Positions 16,835 to 26,479 of a DNA stretch of 64,000 nt are shown here, piece by piece. Position numbers and translations under genes: made by a program. How positions within the stretch are numbered: the stretch's first letter is position 1; every line of letters starts with the position of its first letter. Location: contig DASZRO010000120.1 of NCBI GenBank assembly GCA_035550055.1, positions 2,890-66,889 on the forward strand, given 5' to 3'. The notes under the pieces are model-generated. The model was not told the DNA's origin. It worked only from the letters and a program-made list of their open reading frames with translations, and ran no database searches. The stretch comes from Mycobacteriales bacterium. GTDB taxonomy: Bacteria; Actinomycetota; Actinomycetes; JAFAQI01.

Positions 16835-16864
16835 CAAGATATGAGACGCAACTAAGGAGCGCCC

Positions 16865-18235
16865 ATGGCTCGCACAATGGCCGAGAAGGTGTGGGACAAC
16901 CACGTCGTCCGCCGCACCGAAGGCGAGCCGGACCTGCTCTACATCGACCTCCACCTCGTGCACGAGGTCACCAGCCCGCAGGCCTTCGACGGGCTGCGGG
17001 CGTCGGGACGTCAGGTCCGTCGTCCCGACCTCACGATCGCCACCGAGGACCACAACGTGCCGACCACGTCCGGCCCGATCGTCGACCCGGTCAGCCTCGC
17101 GCAGGTCGAGGCGCTGCGGCGCAACTGCGAGGAGTTCGGCATCCGGTTGCATCCGATGGGTGACGCCGGCCAGGGGATCGTGCACGTCATCGGTCCGCAG
17201 CTCGGTCTGACCCAGCCTGGGATGACCGTGGTCTGCGGAGACAGCCACACCAGCACCCACGGAGCGTTCGGCGCGCTGGCGTTCGGCATCGGCACGAGCG
17301 AGGTCGAGCACGTCCTCGCCACGCAGACGCTGCCGCTGCAACGGCCCAAGACGATGGCGGTCGAGGTGGAAGGCGCACTCCCGCCAGGGGTGAGCGCCAA
17401 GGACCTGGTCCTCGGCATCATCACCCAGATCACCACTGGCGGCGGCCAGGGCCACGTCATCGAGTTCCGGGGCGAGGCGGTTCGCGACCTGTCGATGGAA
17501 GGCCGGATGACGGTCTGCAACATGTCGATCGAGGCCGGCGCCCGCGCGGGCATGATCGCGCCGGACGACACCACGTTCGCCTACCTGAAGGGTCGGCCCA
17601 ACGCACCAACGGGCGCGGACTGGGACGCGGCGGTTGCTGCCTGGCGTGAGCTGGCGACCGACGAGGGAGCCGTCTTCGACAAGGTCGTGAAAGTCGACGC
17701 GACCAAGCTCTCGCCGTGGGTCACCTGGGGAACCAACCCGGGCCAGGGCGCCGCGTTGTCCTCCGACATCCCGCAGCCCCGTGACGCCGCCGACGAGCGT
17801 GCGCTCGAATACATGGGCCTGACCGCCGGTACGCCGCTGCGCGAGGTGAAGGTCGACACGGTGTTCGTCGGCTCCTGCACCAACGGGCGGCTCGAGGACT
17901 TGCGCGCGGTCGCCGAGGTGCTGCGCGGCCGCAAGGTCGCCGACGGCGTACGGATGCTTGTCGTTCCCGGGTCGGTCGTGGTCAAGGACGCCGCCGAGTC
18001 CGAAGGTCTGCACGAGATCTTCGCGGCTGCCGGCGCCGAATGGCGCGGCGCCGGGTGCTCGATGTGTCTCGCCATGAACCCCGACAAGCTCGCCCCCGGC
18101 GAGCGAAGCGCGTCCACGTCCAACCGCAACTTCGAGGGCCGCCAAGGCCCCGGCGGCCGGACCCATCTGGTGTCGCCGGCGGTGGCTGCCGCGACGGCGG
18201 TTGCCGGCCACCTGGCTGCCCCGGCCGACCTGTAG
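16865..18235 (+). CDS. leuC: 3-isopropylmalate dehydratase large subunit
   Basis: 456 aa of the aconitase family ([11 protein letters not shown]...[20 protein letters not shown]...). The AAGGAG RBS is 6 nt before the ATG. Confidence 0.95.
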   Translation: MARTMAEKVWDNHVVRRTEGEPDLLYIDLHLVHEVTSPQAFDGLRASGRQVRRPDLTIATEDHNVPTTSGPIVDPVSLAQVEALRRNCEEFGIRLHPMGDAGQGIVHVIGPQLGLTQPGMTVVCGDSHTSTHGAFGALAFGIGTSEVEHVLATQTLPLQRPKTMAVEVEGALPPGVSAKDLVLGIITQITTGGGQGHVIEFRGEAVRDLSMEGRMTVCNMSIEAGARAGMIAPDDTTFAYLKGRPNAPTGADWDAAVAAWRELATDEGAVFDKVVKVDATKLSPWVTWGTNPGQGAALSSDIPQPRDAADERALEYMGLTAGTPLREVKVDTVFVGSCTNGRLEDLRAVAEVLRGRKVADGVRMLVVPGSVVVKDAAESEGLHEIFAAAGAEWRGAGCSMCLAMNPDKLAPGERSASTSNRNFEGRQGPGGRTHLVSPAVAAATAVAGHLAAPADL

Positions 18236-18252
18236 AGCGAAGGGACCTCGCC

Positions 18253-18840
18253 ATGGAGAAGTTCACGACCCACACCGGTCGCGCAGTGCCGCTGCGTCGT
18301 AGCAACGTCGACACCGACCAGATCATCCCGGCCGAGTACCTCAAGCGTGTGACGCGCACCGGCTTCGAGGACGGATTGTTCGGTGCGTGGCGTCAGGACC
18401 CGTCGTTCGTGCTGAACGACGACCGGTACGACGGCGCGACGATCCTCGTCGCGGGACCGGACTTCGGGACCGGTTCCTCGCGCGAGCACGCGGTCTGGGC
18501 GCTGCAGGACTACGGCTTCCGCGCGGTGGTCTCCTCGCGGTTCGCCGACATCTTCCGGGGCAACTCGTTCAAAGGCGGACTGCTCACCGTCCAGCTCCCC
18601 GAAGACGTCGTCGGGGCCTTGCAGGACCTCGTGGAGGCCGACCCGTCGACTCCGGTCACGGTCGATCTCGAGGCTCGCGAGGTGCGGGCGGGCGCGATCT
18701 CGGCCGGCTTCGAGATCGACGACTACACCCGCTGGCGGCTGATGGAAGGGCTCGACGACATCGGCCTCACCCTGCGCCACACCGCGGACATCGACGCCTT
18801 CGAGGCGAAGCGTCCGTCGTGGCTGCCGGTCACCGCCTGA
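18253..18840 (+). CDS. leuD: 3-isopropylmalate dehydratase small subunit
   Basis: 195 aa with [14 protein letters not shown] and [21 protein letters not shown]. Confidence 0.95.
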   Translation: MEKFTTHTGRAVPLRRSNVDTDQIIPAEYLKRVTRTGFEDGLFGAWRQDPSFVLNDDRYDGATILVAGPDFGTGSSREHAVWALQDYGFRAVVSSRFADIFRGNSFKGGLLTVQLPEDVVGALQDLVEADPSTPVTVDLEAREVRAGAISAGFEIDDYTRWRLMEGLDDIGLTLRHTADIDAFEAKRPSWLPVTA

Positions 18841-19007
18841 CGTGTCGAAGTAACCCACACGGCCTAGTCGGGCCGACGTCGGGCACGAATGCGCTGCGAC
18901 ACAACAAAAAATGCGGGTCGCGATCGTTGTGCGCGTCGCGTTTAAGGCCTAGCGTCCGCGTCAGGTCGAGGGCAGTCAGTCCTCGACGTCGACTGCGGAG
19001 GATGCAC

Positions 19008-19481
19008 GTGAACAGGGCCGAACTGATCGACGCCATTCGCGACCGGCTGGGCGCGGACAAGCGGACGGCCGAGGACGCGGTAGACGCGGTGCTCGACACC
19101 ATCCAGCGAGCGGTCGCCGCGGGTGAGCGAGTGGCGATCACCGGCTTCGGGGTGTTCGAGAAGGTCGAGCGCGCTGCTCGTACCGGCCGCAACCCGCGCA
19201 CCGGCGCAACGGTGAAGGTCAAGGCGACCGCGGTGCCGAAGTTCCGGCCCGGCACCCAGTTCAAGGGCGTCGTCAGCGGCGCGGTGAAGCTCGGCAAGGT
19301 GACCGACGCCGCGACCAAGGCGGCGGCCAAGTCCACCGCCTCCACCGCGCGCAGCGCCGCGAAGACGGCTTCCGCCGGTCCCCGCAAGGCCGCGGCAGCG
19401 GCGAAGACCGCCGCCAAGAAGGCCGCGAAGGCGCCGGCGAAGAAGGCCCCCGCCAAGAAGGCCCCCGCCAAGAAGCGCTAG
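19008..19481 (+). CDS. hupB: HU-family nucleoid protein with a Lys/Ala-rich histone-like C-terminal tail (actinobacterial HupB/HupS/Hlp type)
   Basis: The N-terminal HU fold is NRAELIDAI...[21 protein letters not shown]. The C-terminus is [23 protein letters not shown], with 15-nt repeats at the DNA level. GTG at 19008 lies 6 nt after GGAGG. A 7-bp hairpin sits at 18965-18987 in the 5'UTR. Confidence 0.9.
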   Translation: MNRAELIDAIRDRLGADKRTAEDAVDAVLDTIQRAVAAGERVAITGFGVFEKVERAARTGRNPRTGATVKVKATAVPKFRPGTQFKGVVSGAVKLGKVTDAATKAAAKSTASTARSAAKTASAGPRKAAAAAKTAAKKAAKAPAKKAPAKKAPAKKR

Positions 19482-19501
19482 CCGCCAGCCCGCTCGAGGA
19501 G

Positions 19502-19714
19502 TCAGGCCGGGTCGGGGAAGGTCGCGATCGTCAGCGACCTGACCCGGCCCGCCTCGTCGAGATCGAGTCGCACTCGCTGCCCGGTGCGCAGCAGCCGCAG
19601 CCCCGACCGGTCGAACGCGCCCGCGTCGAACTCCACGGCGGCGCCGGAGTCGAGCAGCACGTCCCCGCTTCGTGTCGCCTCGTCGAAGCGGCGTACCGTC
19701 GCCTGCACCGTCAT
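19502..19714 (-). CDS. Small (70 aa) protein with a degenerate cold-shock/OB-like sequence pattern
   Basis: MTVQATVRRFDEATRSGDVLLDSGAAVEFDAGAFDRSGLRLLRTGQRVRLDLDEAGRVRSLTIATFPDPA. Its ATG overlaps the cofC stop (ATGA at 19711-19714). Confidence 0.45.
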   Translation of the reverse strand: MTVQATVRRFDEATRSGDVLLDSGAAVEFDAGAFDRSGLRLLRTGQRVRLDLDEAGRVRSLTIATFPDPA

Positions 19715-20349
19715 TCGTTCCACACCGCCGGAAGCGACCGCAGCGCCGCGGCGCTGCTCGCCCCGATGCCGAGGCGGACGGCTGCCCGCAGGTCCTCGAC
19801 GGTGTCGACGTCGCGACGAAGTGACTCCGGTGCGAGCGGGGTGAGGTCGTAGGCCCCCGCGGCGACATGAGCCGCGAGAGACGAGACGCCGAACTGTGGC
19901 GTGAAGCTCGCGACCGACTCCGCACACAACAGCGTCGTACCGGTGCCTTGCTGGTCGGCGACCACGGCGCGGGCGTGGCGTTGTGCCTGTTCGAGCACGA
20001 CCGAGAGGTCCGCCGGGCGCAACGCGGGCAGATCGGAGGACAACGCCGCCACTCGCGCAGTGGCGGCACTTCGCGCGCCGTGGCTCAACGCCGCGTTGAG
20101 GCCGGCGTCGGGTACGTCGGCGACGATCGTCACGTCGAGTTCTCGCAGCGCCTCTCGTGCCCGGCCGTCATCGGTGACGACGACGACCATCGCCACCCGC
20201 TCGCAGCCGAGGGCCGCGGTGACGGTGTCGACTGCCATCGTCACGGCCAGCGTCGTGCGGGCCGCGACGTCGACCGCAAGCCGGGTCTTCGCGATCTCCA
20301 CCCGCTTGACCGGCACGATCAGCGACCAGCGGTCCGCTTGCTGGGACAT
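19711..20349 (-). CDS. cofC: 2-phospho-L-lactate guanylyltransferase (F420 biosynthesis, CofC/FbiD)
   Basis: It begins MSQQADRWSLIVPVKRVEIAKTRLA, matching the FbiD N-terminus, and has the MobA-like NTP-transferase fold. GAGG lies 9 nt before the ATG at 20347-20349. Confidence 0.8.
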   Translation of the reverse strand: MSQQADRWSLIVPVKRVEIAKTRLAVDVAARTTLAVTMAVDTVTAALGCERVAMVVVVTDDGRAREALRELDVTIVADVPDAGLNAALSHGARSAATARVAALSSDLPALRPADLSVVLEQAQRHARAVVADQQGTGTTLLCAESVASFTPQFGVSSLAAHVAAGAYDLTPLAPESLRRDVDTVEDLRAAVRLGIGASSAAALRSLPAVWNE

Positions 20350-20367
20350 GTCTGGCATCCTCGCAGG

Positions 20368-21096
20368 ATGCGGTATGGGCGCCTCGGATTCTGGTACCGC
20401 CTGGTCGTCGTGGTAGTGAGTCCGTTCCTTCGGCTCACCACCACTCGCGACTGGCGTGGTGCCGAGCGGGTGCCCAAGTCGGGCGGCGTGATTCTCGCCG
20501 CGAACCACGTCAGCTACATCGATCCGTTCGCCCTCGGTTTGTATGTGCTCGAGGCCGGGCGCACCCCGAAGTTCCTGGCGAAGTCGTCGCTGTTCGAGCA
20601 TCCGCTGACGCGGCGCATCTTCATCGGTGCCAACCAGATCCCGGTCTATCGAGGTACGGCGGACGCCGCCAACGCGCTGTCGGCCGCCATCGACGCGGTC
20701 AACGCGGGCGAGTGCCTGCTCATCTACCCGGAGGGCAGCGCCACCCGTGACCCGGACTGCTGGCCGATGAAGGCGCGTACCGGTGTCGCGCGGCTCGCGC
20801 TCGAGACCGGCGCACCCGTGATCCCCATCGCCCAGTGGGGCCCGCAGAAGCTGTGGCGTTACAAGGCGAAGCTTCCGAACCTGGCACCGCCGCGCAAGCG
20901 CATGCAGCTGCTGGCCGGCGAGCCGGTCGATCTGTCGGCCTACCGCGGACGACCCGTCGACGCCGAGCTGCTCCGAGAGGTGACGGAGCTGGTCATGGCG
21001 AAGATCACCGAGCTGCTCGTCGAGCTTCGCGGCGGCACCCCGCCGGCACAGACCTTCGACCCGAAGGCATCGAGCAACCCGGAGGCTGCGGCGTGA
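20368..21096 (+). CDS. 1-acyl-sn-glycerol-3-phosphate acyltransferase (PlsC family)
   Basis: It has the HxxxxD motif (ANHVSYID) and the PEGSATRD box. It is divergent from cofC, with start codons only 18 bp apart. Confidence 0.85.
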   Translation: MRYGRLGFWYRLVVVVVSPFLRLTTTRDWRGAERVPKSGGVILAANHVSYIDPFALGLYVLEAGRTPKFLAKSSLFEHPLTRRIFIGANQIPVYRGTADAANALSAAIDAVNAGECLLIYPEGSATRDPDCWPMKARTGVARLALETGAPVIPIAQWGPQKLWRYKAKLPNLAPPRKRMQLLAGEPVDLSAYRGRPVDAELLREVTELVMAKITELLVELRGGTPPAQTFDPKASSNPEAAA

Positions 21097-22103
21097 CGCG
21101 TGCGGCGGTGATCGGAGCCGGCTCCTGGGGGACCGCCTTCGCGCAGGTGCTTGTCGACGCCGGCACCGACACCGTCATCTGCGGACGCCGGCCCGAGCTC
21201 GCGGACGCGATCAACGACCGGCACGAGAACCCGGACTACCTGCCGGGAATCGCGCTGTCCTCCGGTCTGCGCGCGACCGCGAACCCCGACGAAGCACTGG
21301 CCGGCGCAGAGATCGTCGTCCTCGCGGTGCCGTCGCAGACGCTGCGCGCGAACCTCGTCGACCTGGTCGACCGGCTGCCTCGCGACGCGACGTTCGTCAG
21401 CTTGATGAAGGGCGTGGAGCTCGGGACCGACAAGCGGATGACCGAGGTGATCCGCGAGGTCGTCGGCGTGCCGGAGGACCGGGTCGCCGCCGTGACCGGA
21501 CCGAATCTCGCGAAGGAGATCGCTCGCCGCGAGCCGGCCGCCGCCGTCGTCGCGTGCACTGACCTCGAGGTCGCCGGCGTGGTGCAGCTCGCGTGCAACG
21601 CCGGCTACTTCCGGCCCTATCGCAACCACGACGTGATCGGCTGCGAGTTCGGCGGAGCGGTCAAGAACGTGATCGCCCTCGCGGTCGGGATGGCAGCCGG
21701 CCTCGGCCTCGGCGACAACGCGCGCGCCTCGCTAATCACCCGTGGCCTGGCGGAGACGGCGCGGATCGGGGTGGCGCTCGGCGCCGAGCCACTCACCTTC
21801 GCCGGCTTGGCCGGCATGGGCGACCTGGTCGCCACCTGCTCGTCGCCGCTGTCACGCAACCGGACCTTCGGGGAGGACCTGGGTCGCGGGTTCACCGTCG
21901 AGCAGGTCGTCGCCAAGACCAAGCAGACCGCCGAAGGCGTGAAGTCGTGTCGCTCGATCCTCGACGTCGCCCGCCTGCACAACGTCGCGGCGCCGATCAC
22001 CGAGCACGTCGTGAAGGTGGTCGTCGACGGCATGACGGTGCAGGACATGTTGACGTCCCTGCTGTCGAGCGATCCCAAGCACGAGCAAGACGCGGACGTC
22101 TGA
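21093..22103 (+). CDS. gpsA: NAD(P)H-dependent glycerol-3-phosphate dehydrogenase
   Basis: It has AVIGAGSWGTAFA and the GpsA family body. GTG overlaps the plsC stop (GTGA). Confidence 0.93.
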   Translation: MTRAAVIGAGSWGTAFAQVLVDAGTDTVICGRRPELADAINDRHENPDYLPGIALSSGLRATANPDEALAGAEIVVLAVPSQTLRANLVDLVDRLPRDATFVSLMKGVELGTDKRMTEVIREVVGVPEDRVAAVTGPNLAKEIARREPAAAVVACTDLEVAGVVQLACNAGYFRPYRNHDVIGCEFGGAVKNVIALAVGMAAGLGLGDNARASLITRGLAETARIGVALGAEPLTFAGLAGMGDLVATCSSPLSRNRTFGEDLGRGFTVEQVVAKTKQTAEGVKSCRSILDVARLHNVAAPITEHVVKVVVDGMTVQDMLTSLLSSDPKHEQDADV

Positions 22104-22111
22104 CCCACCAC

Positions 22112-23392
22112 ATGTCCGACCCCGAGGCCACACCCGCCGGCCACAACCTGCCGATCCTCGAGCCGGCCGACGCGGGCGGCGGTGAGGGCACCCGCGCGGT
22201 CCACGCGCCGCGACCGGACTTCAGCCGCGTCCGTGCGGTCGGCCTGCCGACGTACCGGACCAGCACGTTCGCCTTCGACACGGCGCAGGACTACGCCGAC
22301 GTCCTCGGTGACAGGGCTGCCGGCTACACCTACAGCCGCATCGACAACCCCACCGCCGACGCCTTCGCCCTCGGGTTCGCCTCGCTCGAGGCCCACGGGA
22401 TCGACCGCGCTGTCGCGGCGCAGCCGTTCGCCTCCGGCATGGCGGCGATCTCGACCGTGCTGCTGGCGCTGTGCGAAACCGGCTCGCACGTCGTCGCCCC
22501 GGCGGCGGTGTACGGCGGAACCTACGGCGTCATCGAGCATGTGCTTCGCCGCTTCGGGGTCACCGCGACGTTCGTCGACATGACCGACGTGTCGGCGGTG
22601 CGCGACGCCATCCAGGACCGCACGGCGCTGGTGTGGGCCGAGACGATCGCCAACCCGACCACCGCCGTGGCAGACCTGCCGGCCCTCGCCGCGATCTGTC
22701 GCGACGCAGCGATCCCGCTCTGCGTCGACTCGACCTTCGCCCCGCCCCCGGTCTGCCGGCCGCTGGCCTGGGGCGCCGATCTCGTCGTGCACTCGGCGAC
22801 GAAGTACATCGGCGGCCACGGCGACGTCACCGGCGGAGTGGTCGTCGGGGACGTCGACCTCCTGACCGCGGTGCGCAAGGCACGCGTGGACCTGGGCGGC
22901 AGCCTCGCGCCCGACGAGGCCTTCCTGTTGCAGCGTGGTCTGTCAACACTTCCGCTGCGGGTCGCGCGGCACTGTGCGACTGCTGCCGCGGTCGCGTCGG
23001 CGATCGCCGACCACCCCGCCGTCGAGCGGGTGGACTACCCGGGGTTGGCCGGCCATCCGCAGCACGCGCTGGCCACGAAGCTGTTCGAAGCGGGGGCGGA
23101 GGGCACGAGGTACGGCGCGGTCGTGACGATCACGCCGAAGGGCGGCCGGGCAGCCGGCTTCGCCTTCGCCGACGCACTGCGGGTGGCGTTGATCGCGACG
23201 AGCCTCGGCGGCGTCCATTCGCTGGTCAGCCACGTCGCGTCGACCACCCACCGCCAGCTCGACGACGCCGCGTTGCTGACCGCCGGCATCCTGCCCGGCG
23301 CAGTCCGGTTCTCGATCGGGCTGGAAGACCCGCACGACCTCGTCGCCGACATCCGCCACGCGCTGGAGCACGCTCAAAGCCAGGACTTCTGA
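22112..23392 (+). CDS. PLP-dependent Cys/Met-metabolism enzyme (cystathionine gamma-synthase/lyase / O-acylhomoserine sulfhydrylase family)
   Basis: 426 aa with the PLP-Lys motif VVHSATKYIGGHGD. Confidence 0.85.
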   Translation: MSDPEATPAGHNLPILEPADAGGGEGTRAVHAPRPDFSRVRAVGLPTYRTSTFAFDTAQDYADVLGDRAAGYTYSRIDNPTADAFALGFASLEAHGIDRAVAAQPFASGMAAISTVLLALCETGSHVVAPAAVYGGTYGVIEHVLRRFGVTATFVDMTDVSAVRDAIQDRTALVWAETIANPTTAVADLPALAAICRDAAIPLCVDSTFAPPPVCRPLAWGADLVVHSATKYIGGHGDVTGGVVVGDVDLLTAVRKARVDLGGSLAPDEAFLLQRGLSTLPLRVARHCATAAAVASAIADHPAVERVDYPGLAGHPQHALATKLFEAGAEGTRYGAVVTITPKGGRAAGFAFADALRVALIATSLGGVHSLVSHVASTTHRQLDDAALLTAGILPGAVRFSIGLEDPHDLVADIRHALEHAQSQDF

Positions 23393-23417
23393 CCCGGTCG
23401 ACTCTACAGTTGCTCCT

Positions 23418-24605
23418 GTGACTCGTGGTGCCACAGTGGCTGCTGCGCTGGTCGCCGCGCTGTGCGCCAGCGGCGCCGCGGCACCGGCGTACGCCTCGCA
23501 CGGGCCGGCGCCGTCGGCCGGCCAGGTCGCGCAGAGCAAGGCGACGGTCGCTGAGCGCGAGCAGCAGGTGGCGCACGCGGCGGCTGCGCTGGCGCGGGCG
23601 CAGGCGAAGTTCCAGAAGCTCAGCGACGCGGCGGAGGGAATCGTCGAGGCCTATGACGAGGCCCAGGTGAAGCTCGCCGCCGCCGAGCGCGATGCCAACA
23701 CCGCGGAAAGCGTGCTCGCGGTCGCCAACGCCCAGGTCGCGAAGAGCCAGCGCTCGGTGTCCCACTTCGCCCGCGCCGCGTACGAGTCGGGTGGGTTGTC
23801 CTCGATCGACGCGGTTCTCGCACCCGGTGGCACCCGAGCCCTGGTGGGTCGGGTCGCTGCGATCGATGCGATCTCGGTCAGTCAGCACCGGACGCTGGCC
23901 AGGCTCGACGCCGCCTCGATCTATCAAGGCGTCGTCGCGAAGCAGGCGGAAAGCGTCGCCGGCAAGGCTCGCCAGGCGGCGGACGTCGCCGCGAAGGCGA
24001 AGTCGCAGGCCGAGGCAGCGGTGGCGGACCAGCAGCGGTTGCTGACCTCGTTGCACCGCAAGAAGGCCCACCTTGCCGCACTGCTCGCCGACGCCCAGAC
24101 AACCGCGTCGAGGCTCGAGCGGGAGCGGCTTGCCGCGCTGGCAGCACCGCCGGCCGTGAGCGCGGCGCCGCCGTCGAGCGGGTCGAGCCCCTACGCCGGG
24201 GAGACCGGCGACCTCAGCGACACCATCTCGGCCGCCACGGGCGAGGCGGCCGTGCAGGCGGCGGAGTCCCAGATCGGCAAGCCCTACGTGTGGGGTGGCG
24301 CCGGTCCGGACTCCTTCGACTGCTCGGGCCTGGTGATGTGGTCCTACGACCAGGTCGGGGTCCACCTCCAGCACTGGACCGGCTTCCAGTGGGAAGAAGG
24401 CGCGCACGTCGCCGTGTCGGATCTGCGGCCCGGCGACCTGCTGTTCTTCGCCTACAACACGTCGGACCCCGACACCATCCATCATGTGGGCATGTACATC
24501 GGCAACGGCGAGATGGTTCAAGCGCCAGAAACCGGCGAGAACGTCGAGATCACCAGCGACGCCCGGCCGGACTTCATCGGCGCGATCCGGCCCTACCAGC
24601 AGTGA
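23418..24605 (+). CDS. Secreted NlpC/P60 peptidoglycan endopeptidase with an N-terminal coiled-coil (RipA-like)
   Basis: It has a signal peptide, a long Ala/Gln coiled-coil, and a C-terminal NlpC/P60 domain (GKPYVWGGAGPDSFDCSGLV...HHVGMYIG). Confidence 0.85.
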   Translation: MTRGATVAAALVAALCASGAAAPAYASHGPAPSAGQVAQSKATVAEREQQVAHAAAALARAQAKFQKLSDAAEGIVEAYDEAQVKLAAAERDANTAESVLAVANAQVAKSQRSVSHFARAAYESGGLSSIDAVLAPGGTRALVGRVAAIDAISVSQHRTLARLDAASIYQGVVAKQAESVAGKARQAADVAAKAKSQAEAAVADQQRLLTSLHRKKAHLAALLADAQTTASRLERERLAALAAPPAVSAAPPSSGSSPYAGETGDLSDTISAATGEAAVQAAESQIGKPYVWGGAGPDSFDCSGLVMWSYDQVGVHLQHWTGFQWEEGAHVAVSDLRPGDLLFFAYNTSDPDTIHHVGMYIGNGEMVQAPETGENVEITSDARPDFIGAIRPYQQ

Positions 24606-25660
24606 CGCCTCGACTGCGGGTCGCGGTCATCTTCGGAGGGCGTAGCAGCGAGCACGCCGTCTCGTGCGTCACGGCCGGAAGCGTGTTGGCAGCCCTGGAT
24701 CCGCAGCGCTACGACGTCGTACCGGTCGGCATCACGCCCGGCGGACGCTGGGTGATCGCCGACACGTCGGCGCTGGAGATGCGCGGCCGCGAGCTGCCGA
24801 CGGTCGCCGCCGAGGGGTTGTCGGTGGCGATCCCGGGTGATCCGACCGCACTGCCCGACGCCCTTGGCGGCCAGATCGACGTCGCCTTCCCGCTGCTGCA
24901 CGGTCCGTACGGCGAGGACGGCACGCTGCAGGGGCTGCTCGAGCTCGCCGGCATCCCGTACGTCGGCTCCGGGGTGTTCGCCTCAGCGGCCGCGATGGAC
25001 AAGGCCCACATGAAGCGGTTCCTGAGTGCGGCCGGGCTGCCGGTCCCCGGCTACGTCATCGCGCGTGAAGGCCGTTCCGTCCCGGCGGAGGTGGCCGATC
25101 TGGACTGGCCGGTGTTCGTGAAGCCGGCGCGCGGCGGGTCGAGCATCGGCATCTCGCGGGTGAGCGAACAGGCCGGTCTGGCGCCGGCGCTGGCTGAGGC
25201 CTTCCGCCACGACCCGAAGGCGCTGATCGAGTCCGGGGTCGTCGGGCGGGAGATCGAGTGCGGTGTCCTGGCCGGTGCCGACGGCGGCCCGCCGGAGGCG
25301 TCGCTGCCGGCGGAGATCCGGCTGGCCGACGGCAGCGACTTCTACGACTTCGACGCGAAGTACATGCCGGACTCGGGGACTGCCTTCGACATCCCGCCGA
25401 AGCTGTCGGCGGAGCTGGTCGCGCAGATCCAGCAGGCCGCAGTCGCGGCGTTCGAGGCGCTCGACTGCGAAGGCTTGGCCCGGGTCGACTTCTTCCTCGT
25501 CGACGACGGCCGGCTGTTGGTCAACGAGGTCAACACCATGCCCGGCTTCACCCCGGTCTCGATGTTCCCCCAGATGTGGGCCGCGAGCGGAGTGAGCTAC
25601 CCGCAGCTGGTGAGCCGGCTGATCGACGACGCGGTCCGTCGCGGCACCGGGCTGCGCTGA
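24602..25660 (+). CDS. ddl: D-alanine--D-alanine ligase
   Basis: It has RVAVIFGGRSSEHAVS, GIPYVGSGV and the ATP-grasp fold. GTG overlaps the upstream stop (GTGA). Confidence 0.93.
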   Translation: MTPRLRVAVIFGGRSSEHAVSCVTAGSVLAALDPQRYDVVPVGITPGGRWVIADTSALEMRGRELPTVAAEGLSVAIPGDPTALPDALGGQIDVAFPLLHGPYGEDGTLQGLLELAGIPYVGSGVFASAAAMDKAHMKRFLSAAGLPVPGYVIAREGRSVPAEVADLDWPVFVKPARGGSSIGISRVSEQAGLAPALAEAFRHDPKALIESGVVGREIECGVLAGADGGPPEASLPAEIRLADGSDFYDFDAKYMPDSGTAFDIPPKLSAELVAQIQQAAVAAFEALDCEGLARVDFFLVDDGRLLVNEVNTMPGFTPVSMFPQMWAASGVSYPQLVSRLIDDAVRRGTGLR

Positions 25661-25661
25661 G

Positions 25662-26099
25662 TCAGGAAAGCGCGCTCTTCAGCGGACGCGCGAGGGCGGT
25701 CAAAAACGCCGCGTCCTGGCTGTAGTGCTTGGGCACCGTCAGCGCGACGTAGACGCGATGACGCGACAGCGGGTCCGGACGGATCGCGGTCCAGGTGACC
25801 GCATCCGCACCGACCTGCTCGTACCACTGCACGTCGTCGACCGACAGGGTCGAGGTCGAGGCCGGCCGGTAGCCGGCAGGCGCCGGCACCCCGCAGACCA
25901 GCGTGACGGGCGGTGAACCCCACGCGTGGGTCAGGGACGATCGCGGCTCGGTCTGCCGGGCGGAAAGGCCGGCGAGCGTGCCGGGAAGTGCAGCCCCGAG
26001 CCGGTCGCAGCGCTGCGCGTCCTGGCCGGCCGGATGCGGCGGCGGGAGCGTGACGGACGTCGCGGAAGAGCTGCACGCAGCCGCGGCGAGCACGGTCAC
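25662..26099 (-). CDS. DUF3515-like secreted/lipoprotein (Rv2980-like neighbour of ddl)
   Basis: 145 aa with N-terminal AAAACSSS (lipobox-like). Its synteny matches mycobacterial Rv2980. Confidence 0.6.
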   Translation of the reverse strand: MTVLAAAACSSSATSVTLPPPHPAGQDAQRCDRLGAALPGTLAGLSARQTEPRSSLTHAWGSPPVTLVCGVPAPAGYRPASTSTLSVDDVQWYEQVGADAVTWTAIRPDPLSRHRVYVALTVPKHYSQDAAFLTALARPLKSALS

Positions 26100-26138
26100 G
26101 GCGCTCGCCGCGAGCAGCGTCAGCCTCAGCGCACGGCC

Positions 26139-26375
26139 TTACAGGTGGACGACCGGGCAGGTGAGGGTGCGGGTGATGCCCGCCACCGACTGCACCTTCG
26201 CCACCACGAGCTTGCCGAGCTCGTCCATGTCGCTGGCCTCGCTGCGAACGATGACGTCGTAGGGGCCGGTGACGTCTTCGGCTTGGGTGACGCCCTTGAT
26301 CGTCGAGATCTCGGCGGCCACCGCGGCGGCCTTGCCGACCTCGGTCTGGATGAGGATGTACGCCTGGACGGTCAC
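26139..26375 (-). CDS. Stand-alone Lrp/AsnC ligand-binding (RAM) domain protein
   Basis: 78 aa, MTVQAYILIQTEVGKAAAVAAEISTIKGV...GPYDVIVRSEASDMDELGKLV. GTG start. Confidence 0.65.
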   Translation of the reverse strand: MTVQAYILIQTEVGKAAAVAAEISTIKGVTQAEDVTGPYDVIVRSEASDMDELGKLVVAKVQSVAGITRTLTCPVVHL

Positions 26376-26479
26376 GCGACGACCGTACCCGAACTGAAGG
26401 GAGCGTCGTCATCTCGGTTTCTGGCTCCCCGGAGGGGTCGATCGGGCGTACCGGCGAGTTCGCGCTGATCGCCCGCGTC

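Noticed and set aside
16817-18211. Upstream 465 aa of the 700-aa minus-strand ORF 16109..18211
   Set aside because: It is antisense to leuC. Only the C-terminal 235 aa (16109-16816) form the IclR regulator, which has a proper ATG.
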